This document shows, one piece after another, positions 11,341 to 25,400 of a DNA stretch of 64,000 bases (the stretch's first letter is position 1; the number at the start of each line of letters is the position of its first letter). The position numbers and the translations under genes are program-made. Origin of the DNA: Chrysemys picta bellii (lineage: Eukaryota); assembly GCF_011386835.1 (NCBI RefSeq), contig NC_088806.1, positions 16,492,001 to 16,556,000 on the forward strand, read 5' to 3'. Below the pieces are notes generated by a model, which did not search any database, had not been told where the DNA came from, and saw only the letters and a list, made by a program, of their open reading frames with translations.

Positions 11341-13837
11341 AGAGGTAACATGGGTCAGTGGCTAAGGCACCAGACTGGGAGTCAGGAGACTGGGGATCTG
11401 CCACTGACCTGCTGGGTGACTTTGGGCAAGTCCCTCCCCCTCTCTGTGGCTGTTGGCCCAGAGCCACTCCCACCCTTGGCTATTGCAATGGCAAACTCTC
11501 CAGGGCAGGGACTGTGTCTATACAATCTGTGTCTCTCTACAGCTCCTAGCATATCGGTGTCCTGTTCCCGACTGGGGTTTCTAGGTGCTCCTGTAATGCA
11601 ATGAGGATGAGCCTGACCTCCCTGCTGTGTTGGTGACAATCAAGCTCTTACACACTAATTTCCAAGCCTGCATGGGCACCCGGATAGGGCCACACGTGGC
11701 AGCTGGGCACCTGACAGTTTTCAGAGGTGGCGGTTGCTGGTGCCCAAGGTCTGCACCCCAAGAGGAGCACTTGCCCATTTTTCCAGCACCCCCAGACCTG
11801 CACAAGGGCTGCTCCAGGAGTTAGTCCTCACAGAAGCACACGCTAAGGAGCGCCGGGGAGCAGCTCCTGCCCCCCCTGAACAGCCAAAGCAGGCCCAGGC
11901 CAACACAGGGCAGCAGCTGAGTCCCAGCCACGTGGATCTATTCCCCCGTACTGTACAGTGGGGCTTGTGCAGAGCAACTTGGGGTGAGTTAAAAATTCGG
12001 CAGTTACGCACGCTGTGGAGATGTTCCCACCACCTGATTCCCCTTGAGGGATGGCCTCACCATTTGATCTGGGACGTCTCCAGGGCTCAGCACACCCGAC
12101 AGACACCCCTCAGTGCTCCGGAAGGGCTGCCCAGAGAACTAGCCATCTGCAGCTCAGGTGCTTCACTTCAGCTCTTGTTGCCTTTGATTGGGAATGGCTG
12201 ATGTCCTCAGTGCAGTGCAGTCCTGCTGCCCACCTGGCCAATGGGCACTCACTGAACCCTTGGGGCCCATACAGTGCTGCACAGAGGGGCCACCGGATAG
12301 GTGTACACCCCCACGACTCAGGGAATATCCCCAGCACAAGGGGCCCCTGCACCTGCCGCACAGTTGGCTACACTGGCTCTGTGCCACTTGCACAGCAGCC
12401 CTTGGTCCGGTTCTGGTTGGGGTGAGGAGGGACCAGGCTAAAGCAGGGGGACCATGGACCAGGGTGGAAGGAGACTTTGCTGGGGCAGTCCTAGTAATTC
12501 TGCACCTTTGCAAAGTACCAGCAGGGCCCTAGAAGCAAGGATGGAAGCTAGCTAGCCTGGGCCAGGGGGGAACCATCCCCCACAGCCCCTGAACAGGCAG
12601 GAACAAGAGTCAGGAGTCCAGGAGCGAGCCCTGAGGCAGGTCCATCACTACAGCTGGCAGGGGAATCCATCCTGTTCCACGGATGTTTCCTGGGCCTCCT
12701 CCTGGGGTTAAATAGGGCACCGGGACCAATCAGGGGCCATGAGGGAAGCTGTCAATCTGCCCTGCAGAGGCGGTACTTCCTGTGGTATTTATCTCCACAG
12801 GGTCCACGTGGCAATGCATGCAGCCTTAGCATGGCTGCTGGGTAGCGGCGTGGAGACCTCGGCCTTCCAGACCCAGGTTCCAGTCCCGTCCCAGCAGAAC
12901 CTCCCACCAGGGAGGAGATCTAGCAGGAACAGGCTCTCCCGTGAGATCCTTAGCACACGCTGGCTTGGCCTGGGTGGGAAAGACCAGCAGTATCGACTTG
13001 CTCCCAGTAACCCTGCTTCTGGTCCCATCTGCAGCCAGGAGATGAAGAGATGTTAGCTCGGGGGGCGGTTAATGGGGCTTATCAGTTCTGGCTTCTCTGT
13101 CAGTCTGGGGTGAAGCTTTGGGCCAGTTATTATTCCCTCTGCCCTCCCTTTAAACCATCAGGGATCTCCCCAGGCTGAAGTCAATGGCCAACGGCAGGTA
13201 TCTCACTCTGACAACGTGGCAGGAGCGATAGCCTGTAGCCCACCTGGCACCTTCAGCAGTGCCTCCAGAATGCAACCTGGGCCCTCTCCTTCCTCTCGGA
13301 AAGGCTCAGGTTTCACTCTGCGCCTCGTAGCCCGGGCACGGGGGGAGCGGATTTAAAACAACCGTCCCTCAGCTGCCTTGGCCCGTCAGGAATGAGAACA
13401 ATTAACAGCTGCGGACAGACACCTGGCTGCGCATGGTCGACCCTCCCATGCCCCCAGGAACGCCTCCCCCTGCTCGGCCTAACAAACCTCCTCTGTCCTT
13501 TCTCTGTCAAACGCAGCCACTGTGGTCCTGGATCTCCTACTGCAGGGGGCCAGAAGCAGACGCTGCCCTGTACGCCTCGTGTCCGGCTGCAGCAGAGAGA
13601 AGCAGGCTGCAGATCTGTAAAGAGATTGTGAGCGCACGGGCGAGGATTTGTACATGAAAAACAACAGAGAATGAGCTGGAGCCCATGGCCAATTGAAGTC
13701 CGTGGCATTGCACTGATTCACGCCAGCTGTGGCTCTCACCCAGTGTTTTCCTTTCAACTGGTAGCAAACGAAGGAGGGGAAGGCTAGTGGTGGTGCTAAA
13801 GGGAAACACCCAGGGTTGATCTGCAGCATACTGACGT

Positions 13838-14009
13838 TCATAGAATATCAGGGTTGGAAGGGACCTCAGGAGGTCATCTAGTCCAACCCCCTGCTCAAAG
13901 CAGGACCAAATCCCCAGACAGATTTTTGCCCCAGATCCCTAAATAGCCCCCTCAAGGATTGTACTCACAACCTTGGATTTAGCAAGCCAATGCTTAATCC
14001 ACTGAGCTA
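13838..14009 (-). mobile_element. Tortoise PolIII/SINE (tRNA-derived head, CR1-derived tail)
   Basis: Reverse complement of TAGCTCAGTGG, a GAGTACAATCC B-box-like segment and GGTCCCTTCCAACCCTGATATTCTATGA. Tail-only copies lie near 16845-16930, 18695-18750 and 25048-25132. Confidence 0.88.
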
Positions 14010-15678
14010 AGTTAATGGGAAGACTCCTGAGAGGACCTCAATGGGTGTTGGATCAGGCCTGGAAATCTGGGGGCGTTTCTCTGGCTGGGCCCCAGAATTG
14101 CTGCCTGAACATGGGCAAGTCACATGATCTCTCTGTGCCTCTGTTTCCCTATCTGTACAACGGGGGCATACTGACATACCACACAGCAGGGGGTGGTGGG
14201 AGGATGAACTCATTGGAGTTCTGGCCCATGACTAGGGCTCCTATCAGTTATTATTATTTATTTGTCTGACCGTGGCACCTAGGAGCCCCAGTCATGGTGC
14301 TAGGTGCTGTACAAACATGGAACAAAAAGACAGTCCCTGCCCTGAAGGACTTAGGCACTCTGGTGATACAAATAAACAATCATCATGAACGTCACTTTCA
14401 GATCCCCAGCACCGATGTGACTGGGAGCTGCACCTGCCTAGCTGGGCACCAAGACTTGGCTCCTAGATGGACAGATACTGAGCTGAAAGTGCCCCCAGAT
14501 GTTCAGCGTATGATTAGTGGAAATCAGGCAGGAGGAGCAGCTGTCCTGGAGCCAGAGGCTTAACCAGGCTCTTGCAATAGTGAGGGCTTTACGTAGCTAA
14601 CAGGAGTTTGTGAATCTTAATTTGAGCGCTGGGTTTTTTTTTCCAAGCATGATTCCATTTAAAAAATACCATGTTCTCTAAGTCCCTGATCCTGGGTCCA
14701 GGACAGAGGAGACCAAGTGAGCTCTTTGCTCTGGTATTTACTTCTTCACAAGAGCTTTTCTCGCCCTTTCTCTTACGCTTGTTCTCTGTACTTTTTTCTT
14801 AACCGGCTTTTTTTCATCCTCATTTTTCCACCGGATCTTTTCATTCTGCCCCTTCTTCACTCCATCCATTCCAAGCCAGTCCTGTAACTACTGAGCTGAG
14901 CGACAAGCCCAGCTCGAAGTGAGACGCTCCAAGCAACAGGCGTGTCAGAGATCGGCAGGTTAGGGACAGCTCTGCTGAATCCTCAGAGTCGAGGTGCAGA
15001 GCAGATTTCAGCGGCTGGCAATCTCTAGCTCGTGCCCTGAGGAAGCTCTGCTAGTATGATCCTGTCACAACCGCATCTGGCGCCTTTTCCCTGCGCGAGC
15101 ACGACGTTTGGAGCCGCAAACCTATGAACTCTGCATATTGGACATGGGCCGATGAGCAAATGTTACCCCTTGCCCGAAGAGAGAGAGTTGGTTCTACTAG
15201 GCACATTCACACCCAGCTGTAACACATGGCAGCTAAGTGGCATGCAGAGGACTGTGTAATGATTTCCTACCGTTGAAAACATCAGAGGATTCCCTTCCAG
15301 GCAGCTCCTTAGAGCTGACGGCCCCCGTGATCCATGTAAGAAAGGGGCAAACGCCCCAGTGCCAGGAAGAAGGGGTTGGGGGAAGGTCATTTTTATCCAG
15401 AGTGTTTTTTGCTATTCCCACTGAAAGATCCTGGAGTCCATGATAGGAATAATAAATGCAGCCTCACAGCCCCTTGAGAGGCAGGGCCGTGTCATTATCC
15501 TCCATTTACGGAGAGAGGGAAACTGAGGCACCGAGCCATTGTGGGCCCGATTCAGGTTTGCCTCATGGCCACGCTACACCAGTTACATAGCTGTAGAGTC
15601 GCCCAGGGAATTCCTCCGACACAGCGGGGAGTCCATAGCTAGCTCTTCCTCATCACTCACTCATGCCTCCAGTACAAA

Positions 15679-15916
15679 CAGGGCATGGCTGGCGCCAGGC
15701 ACCAGCGAAGGAAGCAGGTGCGGCACTCCATCCAAAGGGGTGGCACTCCGTCTGTTTTTGGGGTGGCACGTCTGGGTCTTCGGCGGAAATTTGGTGGCGG
15801 GTCCCTCAGTCCCTCTCCTCCTCTTCGGTGGCAGCTCAATCGGGTTTTTCTTTTTTCTCTTTTTTTTTTTTTTTCCCCCGCCACTTGGGGCAGCAAAAAA
15901 GCTGGAGCTGGCCCTG
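15679..15916. mobile_element. Short MITE with CAGGGC...GCCCTG termini
   Basis: Terminal inverted repeats CAGGGCATGGCT / AGCTGGCCCTG; no clear TSD. Confidence 0.6.
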
Positions 15917-16324
15917 CTTGGAGCGTGCCAGGGGATGGGAGCAGGGCCAGGATGTTCCTAATGCACCAGCTGCTCAGGGTGCATACAGGGTGGCGGCAGC
16001 CAGGCATAACGTAGGGGCCAGTCCCTAGCCAGCCCCAGGATAGGGGAGGCAGAAACATGGGATTGAGGCACCTTTGCCCCACCCCCTTGGTTCATCCACT
16101 GAGCTCAGCTCAGGCCTGAATTAGACCCAGATCACTAGGTGTGTCTGTGTAACAGTAACACACCTGCTGAGCACAGCCGGGGGAGTGCTGGCTGTCATAC
16201 AGACCTGTCAGGAAGGGTGTGACCTGCCCCATAAGGGACATAAAACACACACCACCTTAGATGGTGCAAACCCACCGGCTGCTGGGCAACCTGGAGCCTC
16301 CATCCAGGAGAACTTAGATGCGGT

Positions 16325-16400
16325 GGTTGTAGCCCACGAAAGCTTATGCTCTAATAAATCTGTTAGTCTCTAAGGTGCCACAAGTACTCCTGTTCTTTTT
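16325..16400 (+). mobile_element. Penelope-like element 3' tail fragment
   Basis: GAAAGCTTATGCTCTAATAAATCTGTTAGTCTCTAAGGTGCCACAAGTACTCCTG is a common turtle repeat end; the class assignment is from memory. Confidence 0.55.
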
Positions 16401-16517
16401 AAATCCCACTGACTCCAATGGGTCTCATGCTGGAGTGCTTTGGAGAACAGGGACGGCTGAAGCAGGGCCTTCTAGAACAGGGGAGCCTAGCAAAACTAAC
16501 CCGGCCCCATTCTCCTA

Positions 16518-16713
16518 GGCCTTGGCTACACTGGCAATTCACAGCGCTGCACTTGCTGCGCTCAGGGGTGTGAAAAAACACCCCCCCAAGCGCAGCGAGT
16601 GCAGGGCTGTAAAGCACCAGTGTAATCAGCGCCTGCAGCACTGCACGCTCCCTCGCCGCGCTGGCAGCGCGACTACACTCGCGCTTCACGAACCCGCGAG
16701 TGTAGCCAAGGCC
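16518..16713. mobile_element. Harbinger/PIF-like MITE
   Basis: Perfect 15-bp TIRs GGCCTTGGCTACACT / AGTGTAGCCAAGGCC. Confidence 0.75.
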
Positions 16714-19700
16714 CCAGTCTGCCTCTCCAGGAGCAGCTCCCCCTTGTCGTCGCTAATCGGCTCTCAATGCGCCGTTTGGTGTGCTCCAGCTTTTCCCCTT
16801 TCTATTTTCCGCCTTGGAGTCTGGGGCAACGTATGACGTATCATAGAATCATAGAATATCAGGGTTGGAAGGGACCTCAGGAGGTCTCTAGTCCAACCCC
16901 CTGCTCAAAGCAGGACCAATCCCCACTAAATCACGTAGCGAAGCGTAGCATCACACATAGCACGTGATGTGCTGGCTGCTAAAGTAATGCCAGGGCCGCC
17001 CTGGAGCCCACCCTCTCTTGGCACTGCAACTGCTGCCCTCTCAGGACCGACCGTTTCCATTTGCTCTCCCCTCGCTTTCGAATGACCTCATCCCGACCGA
17101 GGAGCCCCAAGAAATCCACCGGGGTCCCTTTCTTCAGAAGCCCCTCCCGTCTCCACTTCCTGCCCTTTGTGAGCAGTTGTTCGGGATTAACAGCCACCCC
17201 TGGTTGCATGAAATGGTTTGCTGTGCGTTACACACACACACACGCTTGTTTGCTAGCCTGTAAATCGGCTGAGATAAGGTGGGGCTAATACAGGGGAAAA
17301 TGCTCATTGTCCGCGAAAGGAAATTCCACACAGCCCCTCCGGAGTGCATGCAGTGGAGATGTTGGCTTTGCTTTTCGATTGCTGGGAGATGGGGGGGGAA
17401 ATCTGGGTTATAGGGGGAGGAGGGGGGGGAAACCTTCTGGAAAGTTCCATCATTTTAGACAGGAAAAAGGCCAGACTCAGAGCTGCACTGACTTGGCACC
17501 AGTTCAGCAGTGAGTTCAGAGGGGCCCTGCTGCTTAAGTGGGAAGAATGCAGCTCTCTGGTCCATGCCGGGGAGGGGGGGCGGATCTCACCCACTCTCCA
17601 GCCACGGGGCTTTTCCTTCCTTCGTTTATTAGAGCTAGTTATGGGGTAGTTACACACATGACATAAGCTCCAGCCTTCCCCCTGCCTGCGCCAGAGAGCT
17701 GCATTTCTTGGCGACCAAGTCCCACAGCTGTTGGCACACAGCAGCTCGCCAGGCCGAGTTCCCTGCACACGGTCGCTTGTCTCCAACAATCATGGGATTA
17801 GAAATAGGGTTTGTCGTTAGTTTGTTTTAGGGGCTGCAGGGCTCATGCCATTAACACCTCGAAGGCCGGCACTAAGGAGGGCGCTGCATTCAGTTGTGTT
17901 AGCAGTCGCGGGTCGGGAGCACTTTACTGGAGGTGACCCATGGACTCCTCAGCTTCAGAAACAGACGTAGGGATTCAGGGGGCAGTTTGCTCTTGTTAGC
18001 CGTCGTGCGCAAAGATGTCCTCAAACGTAACCCGAGAAGCCACAAGGGCCGGTGGTTAGAATCCAGGAAGCAGGAGAGTGGAGTTCTTTTCCCAGCTCTG
18101 CTACTGACATGGAATAAACCTTGGGCAGCTCACTTAACTTCTGTTCAGGTCAGTTAGCCTGGCCCGGATTCTTTGGCTGAAAGGAGCTCCATGCAGCCCC
18201 TGGAGTAGACAGCAGAGCTGGGTATGCAGCACTGGAGCATCTCCTGGCGGCTGGAGGTGGCCAGGGCCTGGGGTTGCCCATGAGTGTGTCTGCCCTGCCG
18301 TCGGGAGGTGTGATTGCAGCACTTGGAGACATACTCAAGCTCACTGGAAGCAAGCTTGGGTAACCGTAGAGGTGAAGCCGCAGCATCAGGGGCAGGGGCC
18401 GCTCAAGCATGTACTCTGGGTCCCCGGTGGGCAAGGCTAGCCCCTGCCCACGGCTTCAGAGCGGCTGTTCTTGGAGGTAGCTAGATCAAAGCTAGCTCAG
18501 GTATGTCTCCCTGTGCTGCAACCACACCTCCCGCCTGCAGTGCAGACAGAGCCCAATTCACCCAGCCTGCACAATTCACCCAATTCTCCACAGCCAGGAG
18601 GCAACAGGGCTACAGTGGCCACACCCACACCCACACCCCAGAAAGCCACTGCATCCATGGCTGTGAAGAGGCCTGTTCTGCTGAGCCTTCGCCACATAGA
18701 ATCATAGACTATCTGGGTTGGAAGGGACCTCAGGAGGTCATCTAGTCCAACCTGACACTGGCGGTATTCCCTGCTGTTCTTGTGGCCCCGTAAGCCCTCA
18801 GAGCTGCATACAGGGGCCACACCAGAAGGCACGATCTGTGAAACGGGGATTATGCTGCACACACCCTACTGAAGCATTCTGATCTCTACCGATGAAGATC
18901 CTAATTCCCACAGCATCGCTCTGGCTTTACACCAGCAAAGCACCAGGGAACTCAACGGTGCCACACTAGCCCTGAACTGGAATCACCCCTTGCTGTCTTG
19001 GGCCCAAAGACACCAGGTCACGCTCAGTTGGATCAGCATCCACAAACTCTCGTTGGACTAAAACATGGCAGCAGCTTGTACTGGGTTCCTGGCCCTTCCC
19101 CACTCACTTCGCAGTCTGTGCATTAGCAAATATTCCCAGAAAATGCATTCTGAACTGGGGACAGTTTGCAGACAGACCCAGGATGGTTTCCTCTTGGCTC
19201 TAGCTTTGTTGCGTCCCTTTCTATCAAGCTGCCATCGAGTGGGTGACGATTCCTCCCGGAGTTGATCCTCTTTCATTGAAGGACACCAGAGCCGGACTGT
19301 CTTTCCCCATGGCCTCTTCCTAAGCCTCACACACTTGGTTGCATTGCAAAGGAATTGAAAATGAAAACAAACCGGAGTCACACCAGATGCTCTTCCTCTG
19401 TAGTCATCTCCTCTACCCTGCTGGGACATGCACACAGTCCAGCTCTGCACTGCCCCTGCCTCCCAGGGATGTCCCAAATTCCCCTCTGCCCCCACCCTGC
19501 TGCACACGGATGTAAACAAATAGAAATCCATTGAAGTCAATGAAGTTGCTCCCATTCCCCGCCTCCACCCCCGGGAGGATCTGGCCCTGTGACTGTAAGT
19601 TGTTGCCATCAGAAACGTTGAATCAAGGCAGTGAGGTTATGGAAAACTTGAACCAAGTCAGACAAACAAGCCCCACCTCGTCTCCGGCTCTCCCTGGCTG

Positions 19701-20853
19701 TGCTCTGGCTTTGGACAAGTCCCCTGCCCCACATCTGGGGAGCAGCAAGGACACGTTCAGCTTGGACGTCACCAGATAAAATATGGGTGGAAGGAGTTCT
19801 GGCAGCTGCTTAGCTGGGCTCCCCCCCCCCCATGGAACCTCTTTCCAAGAACACACTGCTCTCCCTTCGGATACCGGCGCTCTGGTTTCCATTGATCTAG
19901 CTCCCCATCCCCTGCCGTCAATAAAAGGGCACGGGAACAAGGATCAGAGCATGGCGCTGTTCACGTCCATCGAGGTTAGCAAATAGCCCACAGCCGTGAG
20001 TGACGCTGACGAACTGGAGTTGAAATCCGCCCAAGAGCACGCTGACTGTGGTCATGTTTCCCCATTACAATGTGCTCGAGGCCCTCGGCTTGGATTTTTC
20101 CCTCGGCAAGGCAGTGTAAACAGAGTCGGGGACTCGGGTTAACTGCTAGCCATTGTCTAGTGCCAGGCTTCTCTTGCCGATGCCGGTAATAGCCGCAGGT
20201 TCTGGGCATCCGCCATCAATAAGAGGCAATCTGACCCCTGGGACCGAAGCCTTCATAAATTTCCTCTGCAGGCTCCTGGCTTGAGCAGTGCAATGCTGAG
20301 AAATATGGTTTTAATTTTCCCCCTTTAGATCTGGAATAAGCAGCGCACAGCGATCACCCATTTTATTCTGTCAAACACGTCTGTTTCTCGAGCCATGAGT
20401 CATTCTTTTTAGCGCTAGTCCCTTTGGGCCTTTCACAGCTCGTCTGAAAACACATCCTTCCCTCTTGTCTGTTGCTCTTCGGTTCCTCCTCTGATTGCTC
20501 TGGATTCATTAACTCGGTGAAGCATTGTGCGACCCAGTTCCTGTCTCCACAGCAGATAAAGTCATCGTTGATGTTGCTCGGGAGGGAAAGGAACGCCTTC
20601 TGGCCAAGGCACACATCTGGATTCTGTTCCCGACTCCGCTACTGACGCAACCTTGGGCAAATCACTTCACCTCTTCATGCCTTTCTGCCCTATCTGAACA
20701 AGGGGACTAGGAGGCTTAATTTGAAAAGTGCTTTGAGATCCTCAGATAGACGGGCAAAACGTCTTGCGGCATCTGAGGCATCTGCAGGAATGAGGTGAGA
20801 CCTCAAACTTTTCATTCATTCGGAGCAGCGCCTGCATCCCCCAGAGCCAGCGA

Positions 20854-21057
20854 GGGTACGTCTACACAGCGTTTTTAAAACCGGTGGCAGCAAATCTCAC
20901 ACCCCACCTCTGCAGACTCAGGCTCACACTGCGCTCTAAACCAGGCTGCGTAGATGCTCACGTCGACACTGCTGGTTTTAGCGCCGCAGGACCAGCCCCG
21001 AGGCTGTAGATCCAGCTCTGAGACTCGCTGGTTTGAAAACACGGTGTAGACATACCT
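20854..21057. mobile_element. Harbinger/PIF-like MITE
   Basis: TIRs GGGTACGTCTACAC / GTGTAGACATACCT. Related degraded copies lie at about 18350-18550, in intron 2 of A and B, and at about 61370-61720. Confidence 0.75.
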
Positions 21058-22239
21058 TGGCAAGCTGCTCCCGTTCCCATTGGCCGAGCCTCTCTCAGCC
21101 CAGCCATGGCAGGATGAGAAGCTCATTTCACTAGTAACATTGTTCTGAAGTCAGGCTGTCACATTCCAGCAAAATTCCAGGTTTGGCTCTCAGCTCCAGC
21201 AGTGTAAATCCAGAATAGTTCCAGTGAAGTTACTCTGGATTTGTATCAGGGCAGCTAATACTAAAATGGCAGTGTAACCAATGGCTGATTCTCAAAAGGC
21301 TTGGTTAGGAGACGTCGCCAAACCAATTTGGTTTGGAAAATTAGATTTCTGATCACTCCAGTCTGTTACACCAGGTTTACTAACCCTGTTCCCCCCAGGG
21401 GAGACATTGGCACAGCCAAGAATCATCCCCGTGGTTGGAAATCTCCTGGGAAAATCTTTCTGCTCTTTCCTGCTTTGGCATTCCAGTACTCATTCCAGTA
21501 CATTGACGCCTGGTCCTTGCTGGGACCTGGGGGTTCGGAGGGAAAGGATAGCAGCAAACCCAGTGATCTCCATGTTTCCTAATCTGCTACAAGGTTTGGG
21601 CTTCGGTCCCAGATTTGGGCAGACGTTCAGCTCAGTTCGTACTTGATCAGAACTCGAGTGCCGAGTTGTGGCTGCTGGCTCTGAACTGGCACGTCCCAGC
21701 CTGGACCCAATGGAGCTCCGAACTGGTTCAGCCAGCTCTGATCAGTACTCCAACGGCAGCTGAGCTAGCAGCCCTTCTGCCCAGGGGAACGGACGTCCGC
21801 AGGGAGCTCGCTCCACTGCCAGGGGAAATCCGGGAATCTGGCACATGCCATCTTGCATTAGGATGTAACTCCAGCCCAGGGAAAGGAAATCGCCAGCTCC
21901 ATTCCCTTACCGATAGCTCGGTGGCAATCAGACACCCGGCCTGACTCTGATTTTAGTGCCTGACAAATAATAGCTACATTCAGCACAAGTGCACTCTGAC
22001 ACTCAGCCTCGGGCCCCCGAGAGACAGTGGAGAATCTTGCCTTCAGTTGCTCCAGCCCGGTACCCTGGGCGTTGGTGAACAAAAGCAGCAATTCCTGCAT
22101 TCTTGTAATAACTCGCCTAGTCTTGCATACGCTGGTGTCATTTGCAAGAGTGAGGCCACTCAGTTGACTGAGATCCTGCCTTCTAGGCACCATCCATAGT
22201 GAGGGGGAAGGCAGAGTCCCACCCTGCCCCATATAATAA

Positions 22240-22414
22240 TAAATGGAGATATCCCACCTCCTAGAACTGGAAGGGACCTTGAAAGGTCATTGAGTCCAGC
22301 TCCCTGCCTTCACTAGCAGGACCAAGTACTGATTTTGCCCCAGATCCCCAAGGATTGAACTCACAACCCTGGGCTTAGCAGGCCAATGCTCAAACCACTG
22401 AGCTATCCCTCCCC
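22240..22414 (-). mobile_element. Tortoise PolIII/SINE, second subfamily, intact tRNA-like head
   Basis: Minus strand reads GGGAGGGATAGCTCAGTGGTTTGAGCATTGGCCTGCTAAGCCCAGGGTTGTGAGTTCAATCC followed by a CR1-like tail. Confidence 0.88.
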
Positions 22415-25400
22415 TCTTTGAGTCCTCTCTGAGCTCCCCACTGTGCAGCAGTTACCCACATGCTGCCACACCCATTTATAGGGCAGCGGGTGGAGTAAGG
22501 ACTCCATTGCACCGGTCCTGATACAATGGGGATATGGCCCTGCCGCCTCTTCACTGACGTGGGGCAGTGTGCCAGCCTGCAGGGGGTGGGTCTTGCTGGG
22601 AGCTCCTGTAGGGAGCCTGATGTGTAGGTCTTGCTGGGAGCTGTGGGGATGGCTGGGGGAAGGACCCCTGCGCCCCGTTTCAGGGCTAGGCAATACCAGG
22701 GCCATTGAAGCTAATGCAGTGATCCTTGGTTTACACCCATACAGAGAGAGCAGAATCTATCCCCGGAGCTGCAGAATGCAGTAGGAGCATGAACTCCAGG
22801 CCTCCACCAACGCCAGGGAAGGGCTCAGTGCTGGTCTCATACAGAAGGGAACACTGAGGCACAGCGACCCTAAGGACCAACCCCGCAGCCCTGCCCCAGG
22901 CCTGCAATCCTTGCTCCAGGGAGGAGGCACATCGCAGTCCGCAGGGGCTGCTCACCAAGGGCCCGACCCTGCACTTTGACTCAAAGCGGCTAATCCCACA
23001 GAGGATAAGGACATGACATGAGGCATGCGGGATCTAGTACTAAAGTTACCAAGCCCAGATTATGTTGTGAATCGCGTCTGAGCCTGGCTTAGACATCGTA
23101 AATTCCTGGCTCCCAATCCCCTCCTCTGCAAGGCACCCGCCGCCGTGCCTGGGCGTGCCTGCACCACCTTGCACAGCCAGGTGGGTGCTCACTGCTGCGC
23201 CATGTGACTCAGCAGAGCGGGCGCCGGGGCATCACAAAGTGGGCACTATTTAAGCCATAGGATGTGAGAGCCGTGGCAAGCACACTGGCTGGTCTCTGGC
23301 TTTGAGGAACACTGCATGGCCCAGCCTGGCTCTGCCCTAGGAGAGACTCCACGTGCGAGGGACTGACCCCGTCGGGAAGTGCCATGCCAGGGAGGGGTTG
23401 GGACAGACCCGACGGCTTCTGAAAGCCATTCAGAGTTGGCCTTATGGCAGGTGGAAGCGCAGGCAGACAAAATAAGGGATTAGGAGCAGGATGGCTGCTC
23501 CATCAGCCCGGAGGAGCCATGGGCAGCGTTCCCTAGGCAGCACAGCGTGGCACTCAGCAGTATAGGCCTATGCTGTCCCACACCAGGGCATAGCTCAAGA
23601 GCCAGCTGGGGAAGGCCATTGGCAAGAGACATGGAGCTGGGGCTGGTAGGAAGCTGAGCATGGAGACAGTGTGGCCAGTGTCTGGTGCCCAGACCCTCTT
23701 CTGTCATCGGGATGATGGACACTGGCTACTTCCCCACCCTCTTGGCCCTGCTGGAAAGAGGCCAGCATTGGCTGGAAGAGAGGGGGAGGAAGGAGGAGAT
23801 AAAGGGGCCCAAGAAGAAGACACTGACAGCTAGAGATAGAGCAGAGATTAGCCTGCCATCGCCCTCCCCCCTCGCGGCTGCTCCCCGCCTGACCTCAGTG
23901 ATTTAGATCAAAGTGGGGAATCCAGCCCCTCCCTCGGCGCATCTCACAGCACGCGGGGGCCCCGCTGATGGACAAATGAGGCTAAATAACCCTGAGTGAT
24001 GAAACGTGACGCAGGCCTTGGGGCTGGGGGAGGAATTCCCCATCGCTGAGGCGAGCAGGGAGAGCCCCACTCAGAGGAGAGAGGGGAGTGATTCACTCCC
24101 TTCCACGGGCTTGCACCATTCCCGTGCCTCCCTCAGCTCGGCCCCGGAGCCGCCACCACGGCAGAGACGCTTCCTTCATGCCAGAGCGAGGCGTTTCCAC
24201 GGATTCCCAAAGCTTGGGCCTGGGGCCTGTTATCTGCAAGGGCCAGGAGGGCACCAGGAGCTTCCCCCACAGTAGGGCGACCACTGTCCCACGCTGAGGG
24301 GCTAGGCACCCCGCAGGGGTAGGGGCAGGAGAGGAGGCAGAGCCCCTTGAAGGGGTGCAGCAGTGGGCGTGTAGTGCCTTGGGGAGTGTGGTTACAAAGC
24401 CCCACTCTGTGCCTATCGCCAGAGGATGCAATCCCAGCCCGGGCCCAAGCTATAGGAGCTTGTGCTTCTAGCTGTGGAGGGCTGCAGTCCAACCCCCAGT
24501 CTGGCAGCCGTCCCAGCACGGCCCTGCTGGGATGGGGCAGCGCCCCACCGTCCCCAGCCTGAGAGCCACCACACAGCCCCAGCGGGTCAATACACTGCCC
24601 TAGGGAGAGAGAAGACCTTCCGTTCTTGTCAGGGGTGCAGCAGATTCCCGTCCCCCCGCTGAAATATTTGCAAATGGGAGGAGTTGGAGGCGAGAATTTC
24701 TGAGCTGTCCAGGCCCCGGGTAACCTAAACGAAAACAGGTGGAACGAGACTCCTTTCTCCTTTGAGCCAAGCACCTCCGTGAATTAAACCCCTGGGCACG
24801 AGGTGGGAAAATATTATTAGCCCCATTTTACAGATTGGGAAGCACAGTCCCCGGGCCTTGCCTGAGGTCACACAGCCAGTCAGAGGCAGGACTAGAATCC
24901 AGGGCTCACGTTCTCCCCTCGCGCCCACAGGCCTTCGGGGAGCGACCACTCCCGATTGCACAGGAGGTGAAACAAAGGCTCTGCTGCCTCCCTGGGTATT
25001 TGGAGTGACACTGCTCTGCTGTTTACACGGCATCCCAATGATTTAGTTGGGGATTGGTCCTGCTTTGAGCAGGGGGTTGGACTAGATGACCTCCTGAGGT
25101 CCCTTCCAACCCTGATATTCTATGATTCTATGATCCTGCCTCTGAATACGCGTTGCATCATCCCCTTGGTGTGACAGGTCAGGGAATAGCCCAGTCCCTG
25201 CGACTCCCAGGCCAAGCCATGGCTGGGCCTCTCCCCAGACTCCAGTTTCTTCCAGCCCCGCCCATGTGGACACCACTGACCCCATGGCAGAAGAGCTCAC
25301 GTGTTGCCATCCACTGGGATTGTGCTTAGGGAGTCAGTGCTGCTCACGGCAGCCTCCAGACCCACTTGCTGCTTTCGGAGGGAACCTGGCTCCACCCAGA

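Noticed and set aside
19058-19609. 183-aa minus-strand ORF with a good donor near 19108
   Set aside because: No recognisable domain, no clear acceptor and no consistent phase with neighbouring candidate exons.
20363-20614. Cys-containing ORF (FICCGD...CFQTSC)
   Set aside because: Cys spacing does not fit an LU domain, there is no CN motif, and the splice signals are weak.
22340-22414. tRNA-like sequence
   Set aside because: It is the head of a PolIII/SINE, runs into a CR1 tail and has no proper acceptor stem.
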